A stretch of DNA of 64,000 nucleotides, taken from positions 7,861 to 71,860 of the forward strand of contig JBDKSP010000011.1 in the NCBI GenBank assembly GCA_039680575.1. The letters are read 5' to 3'. Numbering within the stretch: position 1 is the first letter of the stretch; every line of letters starts with the position of its first letter. Below the pieces are notes generated by a model. That model worked only from the letters and a program-made list of their open reading frames with translations, did not search any database and had not been told where the DNA came from. This DNA comes from Armatimonadota bacterium. GTDB lineage: Bacteria; Armatimonadota; UBA5829; DTLH01. Shown here one piece after another: positions 1-9,744 of this stretch. Position numbers and translations under genes: made by a program.

Positions 1-15
1 AGCGCAGCGTGGAAT

Positions 16-1260
16 GTGGGACTTACGGGCGAAAAACTCATAACAACAATCAAGACGAAGAGTTCGACCTTGCCCGCCGGTCAGATCACGGTAAAGTTCG
101 CCGCACCGATCTACGACGACCCGCAGAACTGGTACGGCAAGGACTTCATTGCCTTTGGTAATGGTTTCTTCAACTTTGGTGGCTCGTATGTATACAGTTC
201 CACTGATATGGACAGCTTGCCCATCTACGCATACAGCGAGCAGTCCGGCTTCTGGGAACCGATGCCCGTGAGCGTCAGCCAGGACGGCGTCACATGGTAT
301 TCGTTCGCCAATGGTCCCTATGCTGACGATTATGCTCCGACTCAGGCATTTGCCTGGGACTGGGTGGAAAACAGGTGGCTCAAAAACAGCGCAGGCACAG
401 AAGTCGAACTAGAATTCACCCGTCCGGTCGATCCGAGTCTGACTGTCACGAGCTTCAACCAAAAGTCTGTCGCTCAAGGGATCGATCTATACAAAGGTTC
501 CGGCGGAGGAACTGCTTTCGACCTGGAAGACTTACCGGATTTACCAGCGGACCCTGGGACGGGACTGAAGTGGATTCAGTATGTCAAAGTCGATGGGACA
601 GGCGGAGAAGTGGATGCTTTTGCACGAGTAAGCCATCAAATTGCTCCAATTTCCATCGGAGAAGCAAAGAAACTCGATGATGGGACAAACATTGTGCTCA
701 GTGATGTCGTTGTATCCTCCGAAACATACGCGACCGGTCGGTCCTGCTATATTCAGCAGGCAGACAGGTCCAGCGGCATCAAGCTGATGGGAAGAATACT
801 CGGCAAAGGGCAAAAACTAAGCGCTGTATATGGCAAAACAGACACAATCGGCGGCGAGCGAGTGATCCTGGCGACATCCGTCCTCGCTGAAGCGGACGAA
901 CAGGGTAATAACATCACTGCCGATGTGAGGCCACTCGGTATGACTAATAATGTGGCCGCCGGGACGGGACTCAGCACCAAAGGGCTCCTGGTACGGACCT
1001 GCGGCAGAGTAAAGTCGGTCGATTCCAACGCGAAGTCGTTTGTTGTCGGTGATGGTTCCAACCACGAGATCAAGTGCCTTGCGCCAAGGAACACCAAAGC
1101 CGCCGAACCGAACAATGGTCTGATACCGGACCCTGACTTCGTTCTGCCAGGAGAGGATGATTTCGTCGTAGTCACCGGAATAAACTCCAGCGAAAACACT
1201 GACAATCAACAGGTCTCAATCATCATGCTCCGCAGCAGCGATGATATGCAGATAAAATAA
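16..1260 (+). CDS. Hypothetical secreted or surface protein, possibly N-terminally truncated by the window edge
   Basis: A 414-aa ORF opens at the start of the window. The sequence is Gly/Asp/Thr-rich and mostly hydrophilic with no recognisable catalytic motifs. It sits immediately upstream of two PEP-CTERM genes, suggesting an operon. Confidence 0.45.
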   Translation: MGLTGEKLITTIKTKSSTLPAGQITVKFAAPIYDDPQNWYGKDFIAFGNGFFNFGGSYVYSSTDMDSLPIYAYSEQSGFWEPMPVSVSQDGVTWYSFANGPYADDYAPTQAFAWDWVENRWLKNSAGTEVELEFTRPVDPSLTVTSFNQKSVAQGIDLYKGSGGGTAFDLEDLPDLPADPGTGLKWIQYVKVDGTGGEVDAFARVSHQIAPISIGEAKKLDDGTNIVLSDVVVSSETYATGRSCYIQQADRSSGIKLMGRILGKGQKLSAVYGKTDTIGGERVILATSVLAEADEQGNNITADVRPLGMTNNVAAGTGLSTKGLLVRTCGRVKSVDSNAKSFVVGDGSNHEIKCLAPRNTKAAEPNNGLIPDPDFVLPGEDDFVVVTGINSSENTDNQQVSIIMLRSSDDMQIK

Positions 1261-1276
1261 TCAGAAGGAGAAAAGA

Positions 1277-1876
1277 ATGGTTAAAAAAGGTGTGGGATTG
1301 CTGGCTGCAATCCTGCTGCTCTCGCTGATATCGACAGCAGCGAGCGCATTCTCGTTCGACGATATCCAGCTCTGGGCTGGAAGCGGCAGCAATAAGGCTG
1401 CTCTCGTTATAGATTGGAACGACGGCAAAGAGCCGGAATGTTTGGCTTGGGGTTACAGGTGGGACGGCACAGCAACCGGCAGAGATATGCTTAACGCCGT
1501 TAAAAACCTCGATGAAAGATTGAACGAGGTAATTGGAACGTACGGACAAGCTGCCGTCCTTGGCCTGGGTTACGACCTTGACAGCGATGGCTTTTCCTCG
1601 AACGATTCATCCGATCATTATCAGTCGGGCTGGTCGACATCAGGATTTTGGAGTTATTGGCTCAAATCCACTACTGATGTGAGCTGGTCATTTTCACACT
1701 ATGGGATTTCAGGTAGAACACTCTCCGATGGCTGTTGGGATGGATGGAGTTTTTCGAAGGGAGTTGCGCCCGATTCTATTACAGCGGCAACTTCTGTTCC
1801 CGAACCATCAAGCCTTTTTGCTCTTGTGACCGGAGTTGCTGGCCTGTTTGGGTTCGGCATCAGACGCAAGAAATAA
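1277..1876 (+). CDS. PEP-CTERM sorting-domain protein
   Basis: An AGGAG-like RBS lies 8 bp upstream. The N-terminus is a signal peptide (MVKKGVGLLAAILLLSLISTAASA). The C-terminus is VPEPSSLFALVTGVAGLFGFGIRRKK, which is the PEP motif plus a TM helix plus a basic tail. This is the canonical exosortase substrate signature. Confidence 0.75.
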   Translation: MVKKGVGLLAAILLLSLISTAASAFSFDDIQLWAGSGSNKAALVIDWNDGKEPECLAWGYRWDGTATGRDMLNAVKNLDERLNEVIGTYGQAAVLGLGYDLDSDGFSSNDSSDHYQSGWSTSGFWSYWLKSTTDVSWSFSHYGISGRTLSDGCWDGWSFSKGVAPDSITAATSVPEPSSLFALVTGVAGLFGFGIRRKK

Positions 1877-1904
1877 TCACAATACTTTGAAGAAGGATAA
1901 AAAT

Positions 1905-2558
1905 ATGAAAAGAACAATTGCTCTCGCGCTGCTGATTGTATTAGCGGCAGTGCTTGCCGGTTCTTCTGCGAGCGCATTCTCGTTCGACGATATCCAGCTC
2001 TGGGCTGGAAGCGGAAGCAATAAGGCTGCTCTCGTTATAGATTGGAACGACGGCAAAGAGCCGCAGTCCATGGTGTGGGGCTATCGATGGGATGGGACCG
2101 CCACTGGTAAAAACATGTTCGACGCGGTGCTTGCGCTCGACAGCAGGCTGTACGCCTCTATGGAATACTGGGAGAGCTATAACAGCTACTCAGTCAACAG
2201 TATTAATTATGTATCCGATTCCGCCAATCACTATGCAGAAGGCATGGCCTCGAGCTACTGGGCATATTACATAGCTGAGACAAACAGCTCTCTCCCAACG
2301 AAATGGGATTATTCAGGCTGGGACATATCAGCGCGCCCGCTAAGTAACGGCTCATGGGATGGATGGAGCTACGCTGCCGATTGGCATTCACCAGAACCGC
2401 CAAGTACGCCAACATCTGCCCCGTCAGTACCTGAGCCATCGGGCATTTTAGCACTTGGAAGCGGCGCGTTGGGACTTATCGGCTTCGTGACCAGGCGTAG
2501 AGCAAAACCACAACATGATGGTATAGGTGGACTTGTGCTTCGCAGACGAATAGATTAG
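1905..2558 (+). CDS. PEP-CTERM sorting-domain protein, a paralog of the upstream gene
   Basis: The start is placed at ATG 1905 (MKRTIALALLIVLAAV signal peptide) with an AAGGAT RBS. The C-terminus is VPEPSGILALGSGALGLIGFVTRRRAK. The N-terminal AFSFDDIQLWAGSGSNKAALVIDWNDGKEP domain is shared with gene 1277-1876. Confidence 0.75.
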   Translation: MKRTIALALLIVLAAVLAGSSASAFSFDDIQLWAGSGSNKAALVIDWNDGKEPQSMVWGYRWDGTATGKNMFDAVLALDSRLYASMEYWESYNSYSVNSINYVSDSANHYAEGMASSYWAYYIAETNSSLPTKWDYSGWDISARPLSNGSWDGWSYAADWHSPEPPSTPTSAPSVPEPSGILALGSGALGLIGFVTRRRAKPQHDGIGGLVLRRRID

Positions 2559-2574
2559 TAGATTCATCATGCTT

Positions 2575-2606
2575 CGAAGGGCTGGCGCGAACCAGCCCTT
2601 CGGTAT
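2575..2606. terminator. Bidirectional hairpin terminator between convergent genes
   Basis: Perfect 11-bp stem cgaagggctgg / ccagcccttcg with a 6-nt loop. It lies between the + strand PEP-CTERM gene (ends 2558) and the - strand permease (ends 2645). Confidence 0.55.
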
Positions 2607-2644
2607 TCAAGTCCACCCGTAGTTATGATACCGCGTCTGGGAGG

Positions 2645-3793
2645 CTATGACAATCGGAATGCCCGTCTCACAGCCCAATATGCCCAAAGCAGCGCGAATG
2701 GAATCCATATTAAAATGACAAAAAAGTGTTGTGAAAGCAGGGCTGCTGGTGCTCCAATCAAACTGGCCTTTCGGGCAATTGCAACAAAGTGTGTGAGAGG
2801 AAGAGTATAAGCCAAATGCTGCAAAAACCGGGGCATTGCGCAAACAGGCCATGTTGCGCCGGTCAGCATGAAAAGAGGGACGGATAATATAAGCAATACC
2901 TGTGCTGACAAAAGTGAGCTTTTACATATTCCTGCCATTCCAAACCCTGCAAGGATTTTCACCACGATGAACACTGCTGTCGCTGTCAGCATTACTGCCC
3001 ATGCACCATGATATGGACAGTGAAACAGTCCGAATGGAACATAAGATCCGGCAAAAGCCAGAGGAACCATTATCAGCGCATGCGCGCCTGTTTTCCCAAG
3101 CAGTGCTACAAATGGACTTTTACATGTCTGCCGGAGTTGTCGACGCCGTTCAGTTCCGTAATCCTGGCATAAGGCAATGGATGCGCCAAGCATAGTAACC
3201 TGCTGAAGGGCAATACATACTAAGCCAATCAGTAAAAATGCACTGTAATTGTAACTTGGATTAAACAATGGTCTGAACTCAGCTTGTATGGGAGCTGATT
3301 CAGACATAAGGCTGCTTTTTGGTACTCCGCCCATCATCAGGCGTTTCATTCTTACTCTCGTTCCGAATGTTGCGATGACTGTTTTTGCTGATCTTCCGGT
3401 CACATTGCTGATAAGCAGATTGCTTCCGTCCATCAAAACAGCAACAGTGACCGCCTTACCCTTTCTTATATCATGCTCGAAATCATGAGGTATGACGAGA
3501 CAGATATATGCCTCGCCACGCTTGACATATTCTTCAAAATCGCCTTCGGTCTGACTCAATGCGACGATATGCAGGCTATCCGATGCTCTTACATCGCTGA
3601 TAAGTTCCCGAGATAGAGACGAATGGTCCTGATCTACAATTAGCGTTCCAATTTGCCGGACACGACCGCCTAGATAAACTCCGCCGAAGATCAGCCCGTA
3701 GAAAAACGGACCACAGAGCATTATAAGAAAAATGCGCCTGTCGCTGAAAATCGTCTTCAATTCGCGGTGTAACACACGAAGAAATGACTTCAT
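2645..3793 (-). CDS. ABC-2 type transporter permease
   Basis: The 382-aa product has an N-terminal TM helix followed by a large periplasmic loop and then about 5 C-terminal TM helices. This is the YhhJ/ABC2_membrane topology. Confidence 0.8.
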   Translation of the reverse strand: MKSFLRVLHRELKTIFSDRRIFLIMLCGPFFYGLIFGGVYLGGRVRQIGTLIVDQDHSSLSRELISDVRASDSLHIVALSQTEGDFEEYVKRGEAYICLVIPHDFEHDIRKGKAVTVAVLMDGSNLLISNVTGRSAKTVIATFGTRVRMKRLMMGGVPKSSLMSESAPIQAEFRPLFNPSYNYSAFLLIGLVCIALQQVTMLGASIALCQDYGTERRRQLRQTCKSPFVALLGKTGAHALIMVPLAFAGSYVPFGLFHCPYHGAWAVMLTATAVFIVVKILAGFGMAGICKSSLLSAQVLLILSVPLFMLTGATWPVCAMPRFLQHLAYTLPLTHFVAIARKASLIGAPAALLSQHFFVILIWIPFALLWAYWAVRRAFRLS

Positions 3794-4998
3794 TGCTGTG
3801 CCTCCACAGGAACAGTATCAGCATGCATTAATTTTCTAGCGCCCAGATACGCCGCAGTTATTGCAATAATCGACCATATTCCCAGGCCGGTCATCTGCAC
3901 TCCAAGGTCACTTATCGTTGCGCCCATCATGGTTATCTTACGCACCAGTATCACATAGTAACTTAATGGCAATGAGTATGCGACGATACGCATAACAAGC
4001 GGCATTGCGAAAACCGGCCATGTATTGCCGGAAAGCAGATAGGATGGCATTACCACTACCGCGAACACTTCCGTCGTCATCAGGGAATCACCGATCAGTG
4101 ATGAAAGACCTATTCCAAATAAGATCCAGACAGAAAGGAACCACGCAGTCATCCCTGTCAGCAGCCACAGATCACCGATCATGGGAGCGCCTACCATTAG
4201 GGTAGGGATAGCCAGTGCCAGCATTGAGACGGGGAGCATTATGATTATATATGGTATGGCTTTTCCGATGATTACTGCCAACGGTGAATGTGTGATCGAC
4301 CTGAGCCTGGCAAGTGTGCCATCTTCAAATTCCCTTGCTCCGCATCGAGCTACCAAAAGAACCGTCAACAGTTGGATTGATACGACGACGAACCCGACCA
4401 GCATGAAGTTTGCATAGTTGTAGTTCAAAGACGGATTGAACAATACTCTGCTTTCTGATCGAACAGGTTGGACAACCGACATCGCTGAACTCGCGGATGC
4501 TCTTCCTCGCAGCAGTGATTTTCTTATATCGACACCCACAGAGTATGTACCGATGATCGATGATGCGCTGTTGATGGCGACATTGCCGATAAGTATGTTG
4601 CTCGCGTCAACCCACACAGCCACTTTGCTGCCTCGCCCCGATTTTACATCTCGCTCGAAATGATAGGGGAAGACAAAAGATATATTGGACTTGTCTGTTG
4701 CTGCCTGCGCTGGAAAATCATCTGTAGAATCGCTGTACTGCGCCAACCGGAATGTCTCTGATGCCAGAATGCCCCTTGTGATCTCGCGTGACAGGGCTGA
4801 ATTATCCTGATCCACTATTGTAACAGGGAGATTTGTCACTTTCTTGTTCCAATAGACTGTTCCGAAGAACAATGCGTAAGCAATCGGAACAAGAATCGCA
4901 AGGGCAAACATGCTGCGCAAATGAAATATAGCACGAAATTCCCGCAGCATAACATTCCATATTGTTCGTAACATAGCGTGTTCCATTCCCCTGGGCAA
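3790..4998 (-). CDS. ABC-2 type transporter permease, a paralog of the downstream gene
   Basis: The 402-aa product has the same architecture as 2645-3793. The two genes overlap by 4 bp, which suggests translational coupling. Confidence 0.8.
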   Translation of the reverse strand: MPRGMEHAMLRTIWNVMLREFRAIFHLRSMFALAILVPIAYALFFGTVYWNKKVTNLPVTIVDQDNSALSREITRGILASETFRLAQYSDSTDDFPAQAATDKSNISFVFPYHFERDVKSGRGSKVAVWVDASNILIGNVAINSASSIIGTYSVGVDIRKSLLRGRASASSAMSVVQPVRSESRVLFNPSLNYNYANFMLVGFVVVSIQLLTVLLVARCGAREFEDGTLARLRSITHSPLAVIIGKAIPYIIIMLPVSMLALAIPTLMVGAPMIGDLWLLTGMTAWFLSVWILFGIGLSSLIGDSLMTTEVFAVVVMPSYLLSGNTWPVFAMPLVMRIVAYSLPLSYYVILVRKITMMGATISDLGVQMTGLGIWSIIAITAAYLGARKLMHADTVPVEAQQ

Positions 4999-5088
4999 GT
5001 TATATGAACCAGGCGTATCCGATTGTCAGTGCGGTAATGTTCAGACCATGATTCGGATAATCCGGATTTACATGTTCAACTGCGCTCA

Positions 5089-6324
5089 TTATCTTCCGAC
5101 TTTCTGCATATATGGCAAACGGACTCGTGCAGTCATGCCGGTTCTCAGTTCAGGACAATCCTCCGTAATGCGGACAACAACTTCTATCGATCTGACATCG
5201 TAAGAGTTTTGCTCATTAGTTGCTTTCTTTGTAGCGAAATCCGCTGCTTGCGATATCCGGGCAACTCTACCGCGTATTTTCTTGTTATTCAGGGCTGGGA
5301 TTATCACCTGGACATCGTTACCCAACTGCAATTTTCCGAACTTGGACTCATCCGCGAATACCTTAACCTTGAAGTCCTTGCTCTTAACCAGTGTAAGCAC
5401 CGGGAAACCGGCGGATACCATTTCGCCGGTCTCGGACATTTTCTGCGACACATAACCAGTAATTGGCGATACGATCCTGGTTTCATCCTGATATGCCTGG
5501 GCTTCATTGAGCTGTCCTTTCGCTGCTGAAGCCTTATATGACGCAGCGACAACATCCTGCGCGCGAAGAGACACTTGCAGTGCACTATCCTGAGCAAGTT
5601 GCAGAGCCGCCTGAGCTGCCTTTACGCCTTCGCGTGCCTGTTGGATTTCCTCCGGCCTCGCGCCTTCCTTAACAAGACTCAGTTTTGCCTGCGCAGCCTC
5701 CATCTGGGCTTTAGCCGATTTGTATTGGAACGCGATCTCATCTTCTTTTTGCTCAGGAATCACTCCATCCTTATACAGCCCGTTAAATCTATCGTATGTG
5801 CGTTTTGCTGTTTCGTAAGCCGCGGTTGCCTGTTCGACTGCCTTCTGAGCCGCCTCGATCTCCTGTTTGCGCGCACCATTCAAAGCCATAGCAAGCTTGG
5901 CCTTTGCAGCTTTATAACCGGCTTTTGCCTGCTCGACCTGATCCTGAACGGTTTTTGACTGTAAATCCACTGCAATTCGGGCTTGTGAGTGCTGAACCTG
6001 TGCAGCCTGATACATTCCCGAAGCCTGTTCGACCTTCGCGCTGGTCTCCTTCGATTCTAGTACCACGAGCGTCTCACCCGCCCTGACAGGATCACCCTCA
6101 TCGAGGTTCAATACGCTGATTCTGCCGGGGATTTTCGATGAGACATCAACCTCGTCAGCCTCCAGAGTTCCCTCAAGAGTTGCATAACTGTTCGCGTTCT
6201 TTGCAGGAATCGCAACTCGGGGCGAATTGTGTTTGATGAGCGCGATCATTGCAATCAATAGCGCGATAACCAGGGCAATTCCTATGACCGCTGCCTTGAA
6301 ATTTCGGCTTGCTGATCTCATCAC
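5089..6324 (-). CDS. HlyD-family membrane fusion protein (periplasmic adaptor)
   Basis: N-terminal TM anchor, biotin-lipoyl-like hairpin and a long Ala/Gln/Lys-rich coiled coil. There is a 4-bp overlap with the upstream OMF gene. Confidence 0.8.
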   Translation of the reverse strand: MMRSASRNFKAAVIGIALVIALLIAMIALIKHNSPRVAIPAKNANSYATLEGTLEADEVDVSSKIPGRISVLNLDEGDPVRAGETLVVLESKETSAKVEQASGMYQAAQVQHSQARIAVDLQSKTVQDQVEQAKAGYKAAKAKLAMALNGARKQEIEAAQKAVEQATAAYETAKRTYDRFNGLYKDGVIPEQKEDEIAFQYKSAKAQMEAAQAKLSLVKEGARPEEIQQAREGVKAAQAALQLAQDSALQVSLRAQDVVAASYKASAAKGQLNEAQAYQDETRIVSPITGYVSQKMSETGEMVSAGFPVLTLVKSKDFKVKVFADESKFGKLQLGNDVQVIIPALNNKKIRGRVARISQAADFATKKATNEQNSYDVRSIEVVVRITEDCPELRTGMTARVRLPYMQKVGR

Positions 6325-7688
6325 TGCTTCATCTCCTTACTCACCTCGATTATGTCCCCCATATATCGGTGCAGAGTCAGGTATGCCCGTTCCAATATAT
6401 ATGTAGATTGGCATATGCCTAAATCGGCGGATGATAGCGCTACGTTTGCGTCAATTACTTCCAGGCTTGTGCCTGTACCGACTTCGAATCGCTTTCTAGC
6501 TAACCTGAGACTTTCTTGGGCCAACTCCTTTGCCTTTCGTGATGATTCAAGTGCGCTTTTTGCGGAATCCATATCGAGGTATGAACTTTGAATAGCCAGC
6601 TTGATCTGGTTCTGCGTTTCTTCCTTGTCAAGAAGCGTTTGCTTTTGTTCTGACGCTTTTTGAGCGGCCTTGGCCTTGGTCACTCCGCCATTGAATATAT
6701 CCATTGTCACTCTTACTCCGACAGTCCATGCCGGGTCTGTTTGAGCTATGTTTCCCCTGAGCAGTTCAGCTTCACTTATGCCGGTCACCTGAGGCTTCGC
6801 GCTGGCCTTTTCGAACTTCTCCGCGGACATCTCTGACTGAGCCTTAAACCCAAGCGCTTTCAGCAGGCTGTTTTCGCTCATAGCCTGGTTCTGAGCCTGC
6901 GCAAGCGGTAATGGTTCCGATATTTCATATAAAGCGGCATTGAGTTGGATTGCAGTGTCTTGAGGAAGTAATAAAATACTACGAAGCGCTGCTAATGCAA
7001 GTTCATGCTGGTTTTTTGACTCTGTGAGTCTTTTTTCTTGCTCCTTTACGGCTGTCTCTGCGCGTATAACGTCGTATTTGGCGACCACACCAGCAGCGTA
7101 AGCCTTTTGAGCATCATCTAAATGCTTCTTGTAGGAGTCCAGTGCCTGTTGATTGACATCGATAACCTGCCTGGTCAATAGAGCAGCCAGAAATATCGAG
7201 TTGGCTTGATATACTACGTTTGCGGTTGTGTCGCCGGCAAGCGCTTCGTAAGCGCTTACGCCGGCTTCAGCCTGGGCTGCCGCATAGTCCAACATGCCGC
7301 TTGTATAGATGGGATAACCAGCTTCCAGTCTCAAATGTATCAGGTCCTGCGGAGCAACTTCCACGGGCGGCACCGCTAATGATTGGCCGCCCAACACCGG
7401 CACCTGAGATGGAATAGTTACTGAAGGACTGGCAATAGAGATAATATCATTCAGCCTGAGATACTCAGCCGCTATTCCGATTTTGCCAGCTTGGTAACCC
7501 TTGGCTTCCTTCAATGCCTGGCGTCCGGTCTCGATATTCTGTTTGGCGGAATTCACAATCAGGCTTCGGCTCGCCGCCATCTCTGTCACACTGCCGAAAT
7601 CAAGCACAACAGGGGTATCTGTGCTCGCATATAAAGGCGTTCCGACAAAAAGTGCTGCGCAAATCAATACAATCATCTTTTTCATCAT
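6321..7688 (-). CDS. TolC-like outer membrane efflux protein
   Basis: The start is placed at ATGATG 7688 (MMKKMIVLICAALFVGTPLYA signal peptide) with a GGAG RBS. Two OEP-type coiled-coil/beta-barrel repeats are present. Confidence 0.8.
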   Translation of the reverse strand: MMKKMIVLICAALFVGTPLYASTDTPVVLDFGSVTEMAASRSLIVNSAKQNIETGRQALKEAKGYQAGKIGIAAEYLRLNDIISIASPSVTIPSQVPVLGGQSLAVPPVEVAPQDLIHLRLEAGYPIYTSGMLDYAAAQAEAGVSAYEALAGDTTANVVYQANSIFLAALLTRQVIDVNQQALDSYKKHLDDAQKAYAAGVVAKYDVIRAETAVKEQEKRLTESKNQHELALAALRSILLLPQDTAIQLNAALYEISEPLPLAQAQNQAMSENSLLKALGFKAQSEMSAEKFEKASAKPQVTGISEAELLRGNIAQTDPAWTVGVRVTMDIFNGGVTKAKAAQKASEQKQTLLDKEETQNQIKLAIQSSYLDMDSAKSALESSRKAKELAQESLRLARKRFEVGTGTSLEVIDANVALSSADLGICQSTYILERAYLTLHRYMGDIIEVSKEMKQ

Positions 7689-7739
7689 TACAACTCCAAC
7701 AACAATCAGACGCGAATGCAGTTCTTTACATAGCATGCA

Positions 7740-7946
7740 TCAGGAAAAGTCCTTCAAGGCATCGATCTTCATAAGGACAACCCCTTTTGATAACTGGTGC
7801 CTTATTATAAACAGCCAGTCCCCCTCTTTGATCCCGAGTTCAGCTCGCGCCTTGGCGGGGATTATTATCTGTCCGTGTTTTCCTATTCTCGCTGTGCCAT
7901 AGAATGCTGCAGCCAACCCACTCTCATCCATATTAGCCTCCATCAT
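7740..7946 (-). CDS. AbrB/MazE/SpoVT-family swapped-hairpin DNA-binding protein
   Basis: ARIGKHGQIIIPAKARAELGIKEGDWLFI matches the AbrB-type looped-hinge-helix domain. The start is uncertain (ATGATG at 7946 versus the ORF maximum at 7997). Confidence 0.55.
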   Translation of the reverse strand: MMEANMDESGLAAAFYGTARIGKHGQIIIPAKARAELGIKEGDWLFIIRHQLSKGVVLMKIDALKDFS

Positions 7947-8003
7947 TAAGCCTGCTTTATGGCCCACAATGTGATGGTAGCACAGCACTAGAAACAAGGC
8001 AAA

Positions 8004-8032
8004 TTGCTATTTCATATTGAACTCTATATAAT
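8004..8032 (+). promoter_or_regulatory. Putative sigma-70 promoter of the sigma-54 activator gene
   Basis: -35 TTGCTA at 8004-8009, a 17-bp spacer, then a consensus -10 TATAAT at 8027-8032. An AGGAGG RBS (8051-8056) precedes the GTG start at 8063. Confidence 0.4.
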
Positions 8033-8062
8033 ACCGTTATGGAATAGCCAGGAGGCAAAAGG

Positions 8063-9679
8063 GTGAGAGCAGCAGACCTTAAGTTGAATGAACTAGTGGG
8101 TTTTTCAAAAGCGCAGCTCATGTTTCTAGACCGTCGGCTGATAGTGAGCGATTTGCGCGCGTTCGTTCAGTTTGTAAGAGATCTTCTTGATATGGTCGGT
8201 GCAGAGCATGCCAGACGAATACTCACAAGGTATGGTTACTTTTGGGGGCAGGTTGATGCTCAGGCAATGAAGCGTCTTTTTCAATGGGATAGTCTGGAAG
8301 AGTTACTAAAGGCAGGGATGCGGCTGCAGAGTATGCAGGGGATTGGAAAGGTAGTCGGGACAGCGCCTTTGCTGGACACAGAGAATGGCCGCTACCAAAT
8401 GGAGGTAATCTGGTATAATTCCGGGGCGGCTGAATACTACATGGACGAAATTGGCATTACATCTCATCCTGTTTGCTGGGTCAACACAGGCTATTCCACT
8501 GGATATGTGTCGTGTTGTGTCGATAAACCGGTCTACTTCATTGAGCGTGAGTGCAAAGGCAAGGGCGACGACCACTGCGTGGCGGTAGGAGCAGACGCAG
8601 ACACTTGGGGTACGGAATTGGAACCTTATCTACAGTACTTCCAGGCTGATGATATTCAAGGGAAGATCAAAAGATTGACTGCGGAACTAATGCAGAAGAA
8701 TGTCGAGCTTGAAGACCAGCGCAAACAGCGTTCGGATATGCATAGAAGCCACAGCGGAACAGAGGTGCCTCTAGGTTGCAGCGAATCTTACAAAAGGATA
8801 ATCAAACAGGTAACACATGCTGCACCACTCATATCTCCAGTCCTCATAACAGGAGAAGCGGGTGTAGGAAAGCATTATATTACTCGTATGCTTTGTCGAT
8901 TGTCTCATAGTGCAGCGGCACCATTGCAGGTTATACACTGCGGTGTCTTGTCGGGAACACTTCTGGATAGCGAACTCTTTGGACACGCAGCAGGTGCGTT
9001 TCCCGGAGTTGACCACGAAATAGCCGGTCTGCTTGAAGCCGGTAATGGTGGTACTGTGCTTATTGATGAGATTGAACACACATCTCCTGCCGCACAGCTA
9101 AAAATACTGAGAGCCATAGAGTCTGGTGAAGTCGTGCGGTTGGGCGAAATTGTTCCAAGGCAGACAAACGTGAGGATTATTGCTTCCAGTGAGACTGAAT
9201 TGGCTGAATTGGTCAGGCAGGGGAAGTTTCGCAGTGAACTTTACTACCAGTTGAGCTCGATACAGATCAATATTCCTCCTCTTCGGAACCGCCGAGAGGA
9301 CATCCTGCCTATGGCTCGCGCAATTCTTAGGGATCAATGCAGTAAGCTTAATCTGTGCAATATGAAACTGGATGTGACATGTCTAGACTATTTTCTGAAA
9401 TATGATTGGCCCGGGAACGTCCGCGAACTGGAATATGTTGTCACCCGAGCCGCATTGCTGGCCAAGAAAGGTGTGATTACGCCGGAATGCCTGCCCGAAT
9501 ATATGCTGGGAACGGACTTGCGGCACTGCTCAACAAAATACCTGACCCTGGATCAGGTAGAACGCGAACATATTAGGTCAGTATTGAGAAGTGTAGGAGG
9601 TAATAAAACACGTGCAGCGGAAGTGCTTGGAATTGGCTTGACAACACTCTGGAGAAAGCTTAAAGATATAGGGGATTAG
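8063..9679 (+). CDS. Sigma-54-dependent transcriptional activator, XylR/DmpR-like
   Basis: Walker A GEAGVGKH and Walker B/arginine-finger regions (VLIDEIEHTS, FRSELYYQL, PPLRNRREDI, WPGNVREL) are present. The C-terminus carries a Fis-type HTH (TRAAEVLGIGLTTLWRKLK). The N-terminal roughly 200 aa resemble the XylR_N/V4R sensing module. The GAFTGA motif is replaced by GAFPGV. Confidence 0.85.
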   Translation: MRAADLKLNELVGFSKAQLMFLDRRLIVSDLRAFVQFVRDLLDMVGAEHARRILTRYGYFWGQVDAQAMKRLFQWDSLEELLKAGMRLQSMQGIGKVVGTAPLLDTENGRYQMEVIWYNSGAAEYYMDEIGITSHPVCWVNTGYSTGYVSCCVDKPVYFIERECKGKGDDHCVAVGADADTWGTELEPYLQYFQADDIQGKIKRLTAELMQKNVELEDQRKQRSDMHRSHSGTEVPLGCSESYKRIIKQVTHAAPLISPVLITGEAGVGKHYITRMLCRLSHSAAAPLQVIHCGVLSGTLLDSELFGHAAGAFPGVDHEIAGLLEAGNGGTVLIDEIEHTSPAAQLKILRAIESGEVVRLGEIVPRQTNVRIIASSETELAELVRQGKFRSELYYQLSSIQINIPPLRNRREDILPMARAILRDQCSKLNLCNMKLDVTCLDYFLKYDWPGNVRELEYVVTRAALLAKKGVITPECLPEYMLGTDLRHCSTKYLTLDQVEREHIRSVLRSVGGNKTRAAEVLGIGLTTLWRKLKDIGD

Positions 9680-9744
9680 AACGAACGGTAAACCAACTGC
9701 AATCAGACCGTTCATAACAGGAGACTAAGCGTTGATTTACGTCC

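Noticed and set aside
375-1209. Alternate-frame ORFs (101-150 aa) within the first gene
   Set aside because: They are fully contained in a longer ORF on either strand, and have Arg/Ser-rich composition typical of spurious frames.
7998-8062. GGCAAATTGC as a possible -24/-12 sigma-54 promoter upstream of the sigma-54 activator gene
   Set aside because: The GG-to-GC spacing is 6 nt rather than 10. A sigma-70 -35/-10 pair fits better.
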